Both the position numbers and the translations under genes were made by a program. 64,000 nt of DNA from an uncultured Clostridia bacterium (GTDB lineage Bacteria; Bacillota; Clostridia; Oscillospirales; CAG-272). How positions within the stretch are numbered: position 1 is the first letter of the stretch; each line of letters starts with the position of its first letter. Positions 9,301 through 17,857 of the stretch are shown here, piece by piece. Under the pieces are notes generated by a model. That model saw nothing but the letters and a program-made list of their open reading frames with translations, ran no database searches and had not been told where the DNA came from. The stretch is from contig CAMJPL010000001.1 in assembly GCA_946407735.1 (NCBI GenBank), positions 88,182-152,181 of the forward strand, written 5' to 3'.

Positions 9301-10541
9301 CGGCAAACGGCACCGTGAAGTTCTACTACACCACCTCCGCCGTCACACCGAGCTCCGCTGACTTCGACACCTACTACAACAACGCGAACTCCAGCTTCAA
9401 GAGCACCATCAGCGTGACCGCCAACCAGACGGCTCAGGTCTACGGCCTGTCCAACATGTACAGCGCCTCCTACCCGTATGTCGTCATGATGCTTGAGACT
9501 CCCGCCACCATGATCGGCGGCAGCACCACCAAGTATCAGCCGGTCGTCATCACCCGCGGCGCCGCCGGCATAAACAACAACGTCGCCGCCGGCTTCACGG
9601 CGGGTCCGGTGGTCAATACTCAGGTGAACGGAACGAACTATATCGACACGATAGCCTTCACTCCCTCCCAGACCGGTACCGTTTACTTCCTGTACACAAA
9701 TACCCCGGCTTCCTTCACGAACGCTCAGACCGTCGTCTCCAACATCAATAACTCGAACGGCGGCACCTTCACCGTAACGGCGAATACTCCTGTCCAGAAT
9801 CAGATCAACACCACTACGGTAAACAACGCCACCGCCGTCATCTTCGTGCTCGCCACCACCGCCGGATATTCCAACCCGGTGACTGTCTACCGCAACGCCG
9901 GAATGAATACAGGCACCAATACCAACAGCGGCTACGGAATGAGCAAGGCCAGCCTGAACACTATCACCGGCAACGTCGAAGTGCGCGCTACGGTCAACGG
10001 ATATCTCTACTATTACTATACCAACAGCGCAACCGTGAACATGACTGCGAACGATATGCGCAACTACGGCACATATACCAACGCGAATACTCTCGGAGAC
10101 GTGAGCGTTCCCGGCAACAACGGCTACGCCTACGTATGGCTGATGATGTATGACGGCATGAACTCCTACGCGCCTTACCGCGTGCAGCTCAGCACAAGCG
10201 GCGGGAACAACGGCGGAACAGGGATGAATACGAATTCCGGCAGCGGATTCAAGGATACTATGACCGTCAAGATCGATGGCAATACTTACTTCACATATAT
10301 TCCTAACGCCAACGGCAGAATATACTATTATGTAAGCAATGCCAGCACCAACCCCGGAGCATCGAATTACATGTATTCATGGGCTTCTGCTTCCGGAAAC
10401 ATGATAAGTGATCTGAAGAAGGACACTTCTTACTCGATCAACCTGTCAAGCTTCACGGGCGGAACCAATAAGTACCTGATCATCCAGTTCGTTTCCTCCG
10501 ACAATACGCCTTACACTCCTCAGGTCATCACGCTTCCGTAA
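6375..10541 (+). CDS. S-layer-homology (SLH) domain cell-wall-anchored protein with a beta-helix-like segment and nine tandem uncharacterized modules
   Basis: GGAGG at 6362-6366 precedes the ATG at 6375. Signal peptide ends ...LPVFADS. Three SLH repeats (FSDISSHWA...TRAEFIKML, FSDVSNSQW...TREEAAALLARYL, FTDAASINQ...TRAEAMAILYRS). Nine ~105-125-aa repeats follow. Confidence 0.9.
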   Translation: MTGRKSAIRKLSALLAALMVLGTLTALPVFADSFSDISSHWAKANVEYMVDKEIISGYPDGTFRPDNTVTRAEFIKMLDATFGLTETAAISFSDVSNSQWYYPYIQQAAAQGYLLNYGSTLNPNGELTREEAAALLARYLNLAEKDRASVSFTDAASINQNYRGYVYACVDAGIIKGYDTGDFKPQRTLTRAEAMAILYRSAGSIYRGSAVGAENGAQAGNATITKGGSNISNASFSGSVYITEGAGSSTVTLSNCNIRGTLYLRGNSRVQLAGSTVNNVVVIGKSSATVGVNLDETSTVTTLDAQSPVSVYLQSGSTVSTMNVGEHAESSSVSGAGTVGQLNINGAKFKSDVTPRNYTIGDRLTAEIGGQSVGGSGTSRTGVKSGTTPVLETSGSRDTLTLTPNETSVLFWYYTNSTAAPSSKEFADIYRRQSSNVKGFQSLDQVQSYTLQLVQSSIAAQYNNVVICLLANQEYFDPIILSRTGANNTGNSAAGFKNNPTVKTNSLTNLDTLSFMPEVSGTMYYYYTTSPTAVTAQQFRLNYDASAQGLRGNKTVIAGNSYAETTSFNPVSSGSNYNYVAVMLTSGASDYQPIVVTRNAADGGNLQASGLADAPVWSSYNGNESLRINASAAGTLKYYYTNSSQAPNASTFNAYYGMAGTYYNAIRVSQGAQNTYLTTSTTGTNGTTTQTNIKTNTVNASGLGYIVIMLTDGVGNNYAPYVVARQDNSTTGGGFSTKPSVSIGSQNDTISFTPSMTGYVFWYYTTSSGSIPAGSFMSNWNNAPTSARGQSGQVQSGVAQSIMGGIADFAKNYSYIVVSLQDTTGAFQEPVTIARTQANTSSYGFRVNPTVAINVNGNDTISLTPQYNGTVYYYYSNSASSISGYSTFESNWNTSSIKSSFAVNGGSAATVNTIASASVPTNLQYVVIMLRDSNGTYYSPITVRRGATNANVTGTGLTAASLTSGTTTDLISVTASANGTVKFYYTTSAVTPSSADFDTYYNNANSSFKSTISVTANQTAQVYGLSNMYSASYPYVVMMLETPATMIGGSTTKYQPVVITRGAAGINNNVAAGFTAGPVVNTQVNGTNYIDTIAFTPSQTGTVYFLYTNTPASFTNAQTVVSNINNSNGGTFTVTANTPVQNQINTTTVNNATAVIFVLATTAGYSNPVTVYRNAGMNTGTNTNSGYGMSKASLNTITGNVEVRATVNGYLYYYYTNSATVNMTANDMRNYGTYTNANTLGDVSVPGNNGYAYVWLMMYDGMNSYAPYRVQLSTSGGNNGGTGMNTNSGSGFKDTMTVKIDGNTYFTYIPNANGRIYYYVSNASTNPGASNYMYSWASASGNMISDLKKDTSYSINLSSFTGGTNKYLIIQFVSSDNTPYTPQVITLP
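7509..10538 (+). repeat. nine tandem intragenic protein-module repeats within the SLH protein
   Basis: Each module reads GF-x3-P-x-V ... DT(I/L)SFTP...G(T)(V/L)(Y/F)(Y/W)YYT(N/T)S ... Y-x-P-(V/I)-x-(V/I)-x-R. Module starts are near ORF-track residues 415, 527, 641, 767, 877, 988, 1106, 1219 and 1324. Confidence 0.85.
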
Positions 10542-10564
10542 TTCAAGTCAAATAACTAAACCGA

Positions 10565-10596
10565 CCGCCTCCCGGATAAAACCGGGAGGCGGTTTT
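10565..10596 (+). terminator. rho-independent terminator of the SLH-protein gene
   Basis: CCGCCTCCCGG-ataaaa-CCGGGAGGCGG followed by TTTT. Confidence 0.85.
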
Positions 10597-10625
10597 CGTA
10601 TTATTATTAATATCACTCTTTCTAC

Positions 10626-10703
10626 CAAAAGTTTTGGCCGGAAAGGGGTGCAGGGGGAAACCTGCCTTTTTCAAAAGGCGGGTTTCCCCCTGCAAAATCA
10701 ATG
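10626..10703 (+). repeat. palindromic intergenic element, copy A
   Basis: CAAAAGTTTTGG...GGGGTG leader, then 22-nt arms at 10649-10670 and 10673-10694 (1 mismatch), and the tail AAAATCAATG. Same architecture as the copies at 27862, 28601 and 38736. Confidence 0.8.
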
Positions 10704-10723
10704 CTTCTTCGTACCCATCCCCG

Positions 10724-12472
10724 TTACTTCTTATCTGCCCGGAGACGCTTGCACAGCTCGGGGTCGGGGGAGACGTAGGCGGTCTTGTTCGTATGATAGA
10801 TCACGAAGCCGGGGCGGGAGCCGTTCGGCTTTTTGATATAGCGGATCGGCGTGTAGTCGACGGCCACGTTCTCGCCCTCGCCCGCCTTGCTGTTGGTCGC
10901 GGCGATGATCGCCGCCTGCGTCATGTCCTCGTCGGGAGGCGTCACACCGCCGCAGCGTATCACGACGTGCGAGCCGGGGATGTTCTTCACATGGAACCAG
11001 ATGTCGCCGTCGCCTGAGAGCTTTGTCGTGATGTAGTCGTTCTGCGAGTTGTTCTTGCCGCAGAGCACCTCGTAGCCGCCGGAGGTCATGAAGCGCATCG
11101 GCTTCGGCTTCTGCGGCTTCTGAGCCACGTAGTTCTTCATCCGTGAGGCGTAGCCTGACTCGTAGAGCTCGCGCCGGATGTCTGATATGTCGCTCTCGGT
11201 CTCGGCGCGGGTGAGAGAATCGAATACGGTGTAGATGTAGTCGAGCTCCCGCTCGGATATCGCGATCTGCTTCGCAAGCTCTATCTCGGCGGTCTTCGAT
11301 TTGTTGTACTTCTTGTACCACTTCTGAGCATTCGCCGACGGCGAGAGGAGCGGATCGAGCGGCACGTTTACCTCGGCCGGCGGATCCTGCGACCAGTCGG
11401 TCAGCTTCGCCGACTTCATCCCGCGCTGAACGGCGTAGATGCTGCCGATGATAAGGTCGCCGTACAGCTTGTATTTCTGCTTGTCGGCGCATTTTTCGAT
11501 GTCCTGCCTCTGCAGGGCAGTCTTTTTCTTTAAGCGCGTCTCGATGTTCGTCAGCAGCCGCAGAAGGTCTCCCGCCCGCTGATGGATCCGCTCCGCCTTC
11601 TCCTTTTCCTCGAAGAATTCGTCGAGCAGAGCTCCGAACGACGGCACCGTCTCGGCTGTGAGCGCGCCGCCGTACTGCTTTATCGGCAGCCACGAGTAAT
11701 CGGAGGGCTTTCCCGGCGCGCCGTCGGGCAGAGGCTGACGCAGCATGACGGGCGTGAAGCGGCGCTCTCTGACGACCGAGATCACCTCGTCGAACGCCTC
11801 CCAAAGCGCCTCGGGAGCCTTCGATTTCGCGCGGAAGGCTATCTCCTGCGAGATCAGCCCCGAGATACCGAGGTATTTCGTCATTATGAACTTGTCCGGC
11901 GGAAGGTCGGTGTCGCCGTAGAGGCGAAGGAAGGTCTCTCTGTCGGCGCAGAGCGGATCGAGCTTGTCCTGCTTCGGCGGAAGCTCGTATCTCATGCCGG
12001 GAAGGATCGGGCGCTTCTGGTTCACCGACAGCTCGATCGTGCGTATCGCCGCCGTGATCCTGTGCTCGCTGTCGCAGAGGATGAAATTCGAGTATTTGCC
12101 CATGATCTCGACGATGATGTACTTCTGCGACGCGTAGCCGAGCTCGTCATAGCCGTCCACCGTGATCTCGAGCGCGCGCTCGAAACCGAACTGCCTCACC
12201 GAGCGTATCTTCGAGCCCAGCAGGTGCTTTCTCAGCAGCATGCAGAACATCGGCGGCTCGGCAGGGCTGTCGAAGGAGGCCTCGGTCAGGTTTATCCTCG
12301 GCGTGTTTGAGGTGCACGAGATAAGGAGGCGCGTAGTCCTGCGCTCGGCCGAGCGCAGCTGTATGACGACGACGTCTTTCAGGGGCATCTGTATCTTTTC
12401 TATCTTGGATTCGGATGTCAGCCGGTCGAGCTCGTCGACCACGGCCGCCATCATTCCGGCGTCAAAGGGCAT
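10724..12472 (-). CDS. rqcH: ribosome quality-control protein RqcH (NFACT / fibronectin-binding protein A family)
   Basis: 582 aa. N-terminal NFACT-N pattern (MPFDAGMMAAVVDEL...), a coiled-coil middle, and the C-terminal NFACT-R motif (DIWFHVKNIPGSHVVI). Confidence 0.88.
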   Translation of the reverse strand: MPFDAGMMAAVVDELDRLTSESKIEKIQMPLKDVVVIQLRSAERRTTRLLISCTSNTPRINLTEASFDSPAEPPMFCMLLRKHLLGSKIRSVRQFGFERALEITVDGYDELGYASQKYIIVEIMGKYSNFILCDSEHRITAAIRTIELSVNQKRPILPGMRYELPPKQDKLDPLCADRETFLRLYGDTDLPPDKFIMTKYLGISGLISQEIAFRAKSKAPEALWEAFDEVISVVRERRFTPVMLRQPLPDGAPGKPSDYSWLPIKQYGGALTAETVPSFGALLDEFFEEKEKAERIHQRAGDLLRLLTNIETRLKKKTALQRQDIEKCADKQKYKLYGDLIIGSIYAVQRGMKSAKLTDWSQDPPAEVNVPLDPLLSPSANAQKWYKKYNKSKTAEIELAKQIAISERELDYIYTVFDSLTRAETESDISDIRRELYESGYASRMKNYVAQKPQKPKPMRFMTSGGYEVLCGKNNSQNDYITTKLSGDGDIWFHVKNIPGSHVVIRCGGVTPPDEDMTQAAIIAATNSKAGEGENVAVDYTPIRYIKKPNGSRPGFVIYHTNKTAYVSPDPELCKRLRADKK

Positions 12473-12505
12473 ATATCTTTCCTTCCGGTGTCAAAAATCG
12501 GTGAT

Positions 12506-13294
12506 TCATCTCATGTGCACGTCCATCTGCGGGAACGGTATCTCGAGCCCGGCTCTGTCCAGCGCCCGCTTCCCGCTTTCCAGCAGGGCGAATCTGACGC
12601 TCCAGTAGTCGGATGACGCGCACCACGCGCGGACGGTGAAATCGAGGCTGCTCGAGGCGCATTCGGTGAGCAGGACCTGCGGCGCCGGATCGGAGAGGAT
12701 CTTGTCGGCGCCTTCGACGACATCCTGCAGGGTCTTTAATACAAGATCCATGTCCGACGAGTAGCTGACGCTGAACACGACGTCGACGCGCCTCGTCCCC
12801 TCGCGGGTGTAGTTTATTATCGGCGTGTTGGTGAGAGAGCTGTTCGGCAGGGAAATGTGCCGGTTGTCGTATGTCGTCATTTCGGTGTAGAAGGTCCCGA
12901 TGCTTCTGACCGTCCCTTCCTCGCCGCCTGCCTTTATGAAATCTCCCGCCCTGAACGGCTTGAGGATCAGTATCGTGATCCCCCCGACCAGGTTGCTTAT
13001 CGCCCCCTGAGCCGCCAGGCTGACCGCAACGCCTGCCGACGCGAGTATCGTGATGAAGCTGGTGAGCGGCACTCCGAGCACGCCGGCCGCCGATATCCCG
13101 ACGGCGGTGTAGAGAAGCGCCTTCAATATCGTCCTTACCATCCCCGCGGCGGAGGGATCGAGCTTTTTGAAGGCCTTTCCGCGGCAGACGAGCTTTATGA
13201 TCAGCTTCGAGACGACGATCCCTGCCGCGAGCACGGCGATGCCGCCGAGCAGACGCATCCCCTCAAGCTGAAGAGTCTGAATTATATTATCCAT
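12506..13294 (-). CDS. mechanosensitive ion channel (MscS family)
   Basis: Three N-terminal TM helices followed by the MscS beta-domain pattern (FRAGDFIKAGGEEGTVRSIGTFYTEMTTYDNRHISLPNS). The start at 13294 is chosen because the predicted promoter lies downstream of the ORF-track start at 13360. Confidence 0.85.
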   Translation of the reverse strand: MDNIIQTLQLEGMRLLGGIAVLAAGIVVSKLIIKLVCRGKAFKKLDPSAAGMVRTILKALLYTAVGISAAGVLGVPLTSFITILASAGVAVSLAAQGAISNLVGGITILILKPFRAGDFIKAGGEEGTVRSIGTFYTEMTTYDNRHISLPNSSLTNTPIINYTREGTRRVDVVFSVSYSSDMDLVLKTLQDVVEGADKILSDPAPQVLLTECASSSLDFTVRAWCASSDYWSVRFALLESGKRALDRAGLEIPFPQMDVHMR

Positions 13295-13331
13295 GGCACT
13301 GCATTCGATGTAATATCGGCTGTATGGAAAA

Positions 13332-13360
13332 AGTATAGCATATATCGGCTGGAATTTCAA
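13332..13360 (-). promoter_or_regulatory. sigma-70-type promoter of the mscS-family/rqcH unit
   Basis: Minus strand: TTGAAA (13360-13355), 17 nt, TATACT (13337-13332), with TG before the -10. Confidence 0.45.
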
Positions 13361-13437
13361 TCCGAATTGATGAAAAAAGACTTAAGATACGGGAAAATCG
13401 GTGAGATCAAATCGTCGGGAGAAATTCGCCGCCGCTA

Positions 13438-13466
13438 TTGCAATGAGAGTGGAAATGTGGTATAAT
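13438..13466 (+). promoter_or_regulatory. sigma-70-type promoter
   Basis: TTGCAA (13438-13443), 17 nt, TATAAT (13461-13466), with TGG before the -10. Confidence 0.5.
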
Positions 13467-13526
13467 GTCGAAAGAAACCAAATCGCGTTTATATACAACA
13501 ATTTCACGGAAAAGGAGATTCAGGCC

Positions 13527-14780
13527 ATGTCGAAAAAACTTAAGGTCGGCGTATTCGGCGGCGCCCGCGGCCGCACAATGATCGAGGTGCTGCTGCATCA
13601 TCCCGACGCCGAGCTCGTCGCGGTATGCGACAAGTACAGGCCGCTGCTCGACGACGTTCAGAAGCGCGCGGACGAGCTCGGCGTAAAGGTTGCCCTGTTC
13701 GAGAAATTCGACGATTTCTTCAACTGCGATATGGACGCCGTCGTTATGGCGAACTACGCGCACGAGCACAGCGTTTTCGGGACGAAGCTGCTGCGCTCCG
13801 GCAGGCATATCCTCTCCGAGGTTCTGCCGTGCGAGAACATGGCGCAGGCGGTCGACCTCATCGACGCCGTCGAGGAATCCGGCAAGGTGTACGCCTACGC
13901 CGAGAACTACTGCTATATGCAGCACTGCTTCGAGATGTGGAAGCGGTACAAGAGGGGCGATATAGGCGAAGTCATGTACGCCGAGGGCGAGTACGTCCAC
14001 AACTGCGCCGCCATCTGGCCGCAGATCACCTACGGCGAGCGCGATCACTGGCGCAACAACATGTTCCCGACCTTCTACTGCACGCATTCGCTCGGCCCGA
14101 TGCTCACCATCACGAACACCCGCCCGGTGAAGGTCGTCGGCTTCGAGACAAAGCCTCTCGAGAAGATGCGTGAGCTCGGAACGTACGGCGGAGCCGGTCT
14201 TGAGATCGTCACCGTCGACAACGGCGCCGTCTTCAAGTCGATCCACGGCGGTCTCACCCGCGAGCCGTCGAGCGTCAACTACGAGATCTACGGCCAGAAG
14301 GGAATGATGGAATCCTCGCGTCTCGACGGCAAGGTGCTGAACGTCTACCGTGAGACCGGCGCCGTCTGCCGCGGCGAATGGGAAAAGTACGATCCGGTAA
14401 ACGAGATAGCGACCGAAAAGGCGAAGTATTTCTCCGGCCACGGCGGCTCCGACTTCTACTCGACTCATTTCTGGATCGAGAAGATCCTCGGCAATCCCGA
14501 CGGAGAATGGTCGATAGACGTCTACCGCGCCGTCGATATGGGCATATGCGGCATACTCGCCTGGCGCTCCGTCGTAAACGGCAATATCCCGATCGAGGTA
14601 CCGGATCTGAGAAACGTCGCCGAGCGCAACAAGTACCGCTACGACACCATCGGCACCAATCCGAATTTCGCTTCGGGCAAGGATCTGCTGCCGAAATCCA
14701 CCTTCGGTCAGCCCGACATCCCCGATTCGACGTATGAATACGTCCGCCAGCTCTGGCTCGACGGGAAGAACGCCGAATGA
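13527..14780 (+). CDS. Gfo/Idh/MocA family oxidoreductase
   Basis: AAAGGAGA RBS at 13511-13518. N-terminal Rossmann motif KVGVFGGARGRTM...AELVAVCD. ~417 aa. Confidence 0.8.
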   Translation: MSKKLKVGVFGGARGRTMIEVLLHHPDAELVAVCDKYRPLLDDVQKRADELGVKVALFEKFDDFFNCDMDAVVMANYAHEHSVFGTKLLRSGRHILSEVLPCENMAQAVDLIDAVEESGKVYAYAENYCYMQHCFEMWKRYKRGDIGEVMYAEGEYVHNCAAIWPQITYGERDHWRNNMFPTFYCTHSLGPMLTITNTRPVKVVGFETKPLEKMRELGTYGGAGLEIVTVDNGAVFKSIHGGLTREPSSVNYEIYGQKGMMESSRLDGKVLNVYRETGAVCRGEWEKYDPVNEIATEKAKYFSGHGGSDFYSTHFWIEKILGNPDGEWSIDVYRAVDMGICGILAWRSVVNGNIPIEVPDLRNVAERNKYRYDTIGTNPNFASGKDLLPKSTFGQPDIPDSTYEYVRQLWLDGKNAE

Positions 14781-14836
14781 GCAGACGATTGAACAGTTTA
14801 ATAGAATAATATCAAGGAAGCTTCAGGTGACAGCAA

Positions 14837-15466
14837 ATGCCGGCAAGAACCATCATCACGGCCCATTCCGGCTGTGAAAACACCCCTCCGAACTCCCGTG
14901 AGTTCATAGAGAAAGCCTTTGACGTTCGCTGTGAGATGCTTGAGATCGACATAAACCGCGACGGCGATCTTCTGTATCTCTCACATGACAAGGCCGATCC
15001 GTCCTCGTGCGTGTCGTTTGAGGAATTTCTCGATATGCTGTCCTTGCACCCGGACGTTCGGGTGAACTGCGACATGAAGGAGGAGGGCTGCTGCGGGATG
15101 GTCATGTCCGCGGTCAGCAGACGCGGGATGGCCGGGCAGATCGTCTTCACCGGAAGCGCGCACTCCGAGGAAGCCGACATCCGCGCTTCGGGCGGCGAGT
15201 TCTGGTACGGCCTGAGGGACGGTGAGGATCTCGAAAACGCCGTTTCGTCATGCCTTAAAACCGGAGCGAAGATCATAAATCTTCAGTCGTTCGTCGTAAC
15301 GGATGAGACAAAGCGTCGCCTCGATTCCCTCGGACTAGGGTTCTCCTGCTGGACTATCGACAGTGAGGATGAGATGCGCCGCCTTCTGTCGCTTGGCGTT
15401 TACAACATCACCACCCGCAGACCGTATGCGGTCATGCGGATAAGGGATGAGATACAGGGGAAATAA
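14837..15466 (+). CDS. glycerophosphodiester phosphodiesterase (GDPD) family protein
   Basis: IITAHSGCENTPPNS...EMLEIDI...LYLSHD matches the GDPD N-terminal catalytic pattern. Confidence 0.7.
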   Translation: MPARTIITAHSGCENTPPNSREFIEKAFDVRCEMLEIDINRDGDLLYLSHDKADPSSCVSFEEFLDMLSLHPDVRVNCDMKEEGCCGMVMSAVSRRGMAGQIVFTGSAHSEEADIRASGGEFWYGLRDGEDLENAVSSCLKTGAKIINLQSFVVTDETKRRLDSLGLGFSCWTIDSEDEMRRLLSLGVYNITTRRPYAVMRIRDEIQGK

Positions 15467-15484
15467 GAGCGTAAACACACACAC

Positions 15485-15522
15485 ATCGGAGCCGCCCGCG
15501 CGTGGGCGGCTCCGATCTTTTT
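15485..15522 (+). terminator. rho-independent terminator
   Basis: ATCGGAGCCGCCC ... GGGCGGCTCCGAT stem followed by CTTTTT. Confidence 0.85.
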
Positions 15523-15562
15523 CCGGCCGCGCGTCTATTTTTCAGTCGGCCCGGCAAATGCC

Positions 15563-15591
15563 TTGCTTTCTTCATATCGTTGTGGTATAAT
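15563..15591 (+). promoter_or_regulatory. sigma-70-type promoter of the MATE/GNAT/GH28-like unit
   Basis: TTGCTT (15563-15568), 17 nt, TATAAT (15586-15591), with TGG before the -10. Confidence 0.5.
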
Positions 15592-15629
15592 ATCAGGTGA
15601 AATCACGAACTTGAAGAAGGAATCCGTCT

Positions 15630-17048
15630 ATGCCGATTGTCGCGGACATTTCGCGCGCCTCGAGACCCGAGGGGCGCGCTCACAGAATAACCACGCTGGC
15701 GCGTCTTGCTCTGCCGCCGATACTCGCCGAGCTTACCGCCACCGTGATGCAGTATATCGACTCCGCGATGGTCGGGAGTCTCGGCGCCGAGGCCAGCGCT
15801 TCGATAGGTCTCGTCTCCACCTCGACATGGCTTATCGGCGGCATGTGCATATCGGCGGCGGCCGGTTTCTCGGTGCAGACGGCCCAGTATATCGGCGCCG
15901 GACGCGAGGGTGAGGCGAGGCACGTTTTCAGGCAGGCTCTGCTGTTCTGCCTCGTGTTCGGGCTCATGATAGCCGCCGGATCGGCGCTTGTCAGCCCGTT
16001 TCTGCCGTCATGGCTCGGCGGCAGGCCGGAGATACTCAGAACGGCGTCGACCTATTTCCTCATCTGGGCGTGCGCCCTGCCGTTCGTCCAGTTCAGACAG
16101 CTTTGCGGCTCGATGCTGCAGTGCTCGGGCGATATGAAGACTCCGGCCGTGCTGAACGGTATGCTCTGCGTCTCGAACGTGGTATTCAACTTCTTCCTCA
16201 TCTACCCGACGCGGAAGATATTCGGTCTGACGATCCCCGGCGCCGGAATGGGCGTCGCGGGAGCCGCCCTCGGCACCGCGATAGGCGAGACGCTGATTTC
16301 GCTCATCATGGTATGGTTCGCCGTCTTCCGCTCGAAATCGCTGTCGCTTGTACGCGACGGCGGCAGCTGGAAGCCGGATATGCCGCTCATCGGCAGGGCG
16401 ATGAAGATATCATGGCCGACCGCCGTCGAGCATATCGTCGTCTGCGGGGCCTATGTCTGCGGAACGCTTATCGTCTCGCCGCTTGGCACCGTCCCAGTCG
16501 CCGCCAACTCCCTCGCCGTCACGGCCGAGAGCTTCTGCTATATGCCCGGCTACGGCATCGGATCGGCGTCGACGACTCTCGTCGGCCAGTCGCTCGGAGC
16601 CGCGAGCGGCGGCGATCCCGATACGGCAAAGTCCGCCGCGAGGCGCTACTCGAATACCGGCGTGATCATGGGCATGGCCGTTATGGCGGCCGCCGGAGCG
16701 CTCATGTTCATAGCCGCGCCGCTGATATTCTCAATGCTCACCCCGGATGAGGGTGTGAGAGAGCTCGGCGTCGCGATCCTGAGGATCGAAGCCTTCGCCG
16801 AGCCGCTTTACGGAGCCGCGATAGTCTGCTCCGGCGCCATGAGAGGCGCGGGAGACACGCTGGTGCCGAGCATCATGAACCTCGCCTCGATGTGGGGCGT
16901 GAGGATCCCGCTCGGCTTCATCCTCGTGCCGAAGATCGGGCTCGCCGGCTACTGGATCGCGATGGCGACAGAGCTTTGCTTCAGGGGGATCATCTTCCTT
17001 GTCCGTTTGCTGCGCGGCAGATGGCTCGACAAGGGAGTGAAGATATGA
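15630..17048 (+). CDS. MATE family efflux transporter
   Basis: 472 aa, ~12 TM segments, N-terminal pattern LALPPILAELTATVMQYIDSAMVGSLG typical of MATE/NorM. Confidence 0.88.
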   Translation: MPIVADISRASRPEGRAHRITTLARLALPPILAELTATVMQYIDSAMVGSLGAEASASIGLVSTSTWLIGGMCISAAAGFSVQTAQYIGAGREGEARHVFRQALLFCLVFGLMIAAGSALVSPFLPSWLGGRPEILRTASTYFLIWACALPFVQFRQLCGSMLQCSGDMKTPAVLNGMLCVSNVVFNFFLIYPTRKIFGLTIPGAGMGVAGAALGTAIGETLISLIMVWFAVFRSKSLSLVRDGGSWKPDMPLIGRAMKISWPTAVEHIVVCGAYVCGTLIVSPLGTVPVAANSLAVTAESFCYMPGYGIGSASTTLVGQSLGAASGGDPDTAKSAARRYSNTGVIMGMAVMAAAGALMFIAAPLIFSMLTPDEGVRELGVAILRIEAFAEPLYGAAIVCSGAMRGAGDTLVPSIMNLASMWGVRIPLGFILVPKIGLAGYWIAMATELCFRGIIFLVRLLRGRWLDKGVKI

Positions 17049-17064
17049 AAGGGAGGGGTGAAAT

Positions 17065-17835
17065 ATGCTGACAGACGGCGAGATGCTGATGACCGCTATG
17101 ACGCAGTCGGCGTACGATACCGGCGCCGAAGCGTCGGACTTCACGCGGGAGGAAAACGTGATCGTCAGCCCGAAAAACGATCCGCGCGCCAAGGTGTTCT
17201 TTGCAGATCCTCCCGCCTGCAATCTCGTTTCATATGGGAAAAACGTCGTCGCGTCGGTAAAGGACGAATACCGAGATGAAGTCGGGCGGTATATCGGCGG
17301 GGCGGCGTGGTACAGCTGCTTTGAGACGCCGTATATGCACCGCCTTGACGACGCGATGAGAAAGCTCGGGCAGCGCGTCTGCTTTATGGCCGAGTACTGG
17401 CTCCCCGAAGCCGACCGCCTGAAGCGCCTTGAGTGCGGGTATGAGATGCGTCTGCTCATGCCGGAGGATTTTTCCGGGCTTTACACGCCCGAGTGGCATA
17501 ACGCCCTCTGCGCCGACCGCCGGGAGCGCGACGTCCTCGCTGTCGGCGCCTATGACGGCGGAAAGCTGATAGGGCTCGCCGGATGCTCGGCCGACTGCGA
17601 GGATATGCTGCAGATAGGAGTCGACGTGCTGCCGGAATACAGAAGGCGCGGCACAGCTTCTGCGCTGACGTCCCGGCTGGCTCTGGAGATCATGGACATG
17701 GGAAAGGTGCCGTTCTACTGCTGCGCGTGGTCGAACATACCGTCGGCGAGGAACGCGTACCGAAGCGGTTTCCGCCCAGCATGGGTAGAGCTTACGGTAA
17801 GGGACGAGGCTTTTGCCGAAAAAATATCGCATTGA
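17065..17835 (+). CDS. GNAT family N-acetyltransferase
   Basis: The C-terminal half carries the acetyl-CoA-binding motif region (IGVDVLPEYRRRGTASALTSRL...ARNAYRSGF). Confidence 0.75.
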   Translation: MLTDGEMLMTAMTQSAYDTGAEASDFTREENVIVSPKNDPRAKVFFADPPACNLVSYGKNVVASVKDEYRDEVGRYIGGAAWYSCFETPYMHRLDDAMRKLGQRVCFMAEYWLPEADRLKRLECGYEMRLLMPEDFSGLYTPEWHNALCADRRERDVLAVGAYDGGKLIGLAGCSADCEDMLQIGVDVLPEYRRRGTASALTSRLALEIMDMGKVPFYCCAWSNIPSARNAYRSGFRPAWVELTVRDEAFAEKISH

Positions 17836-17857
17836 CGCCGCAAAGAGGGGGAAAACC

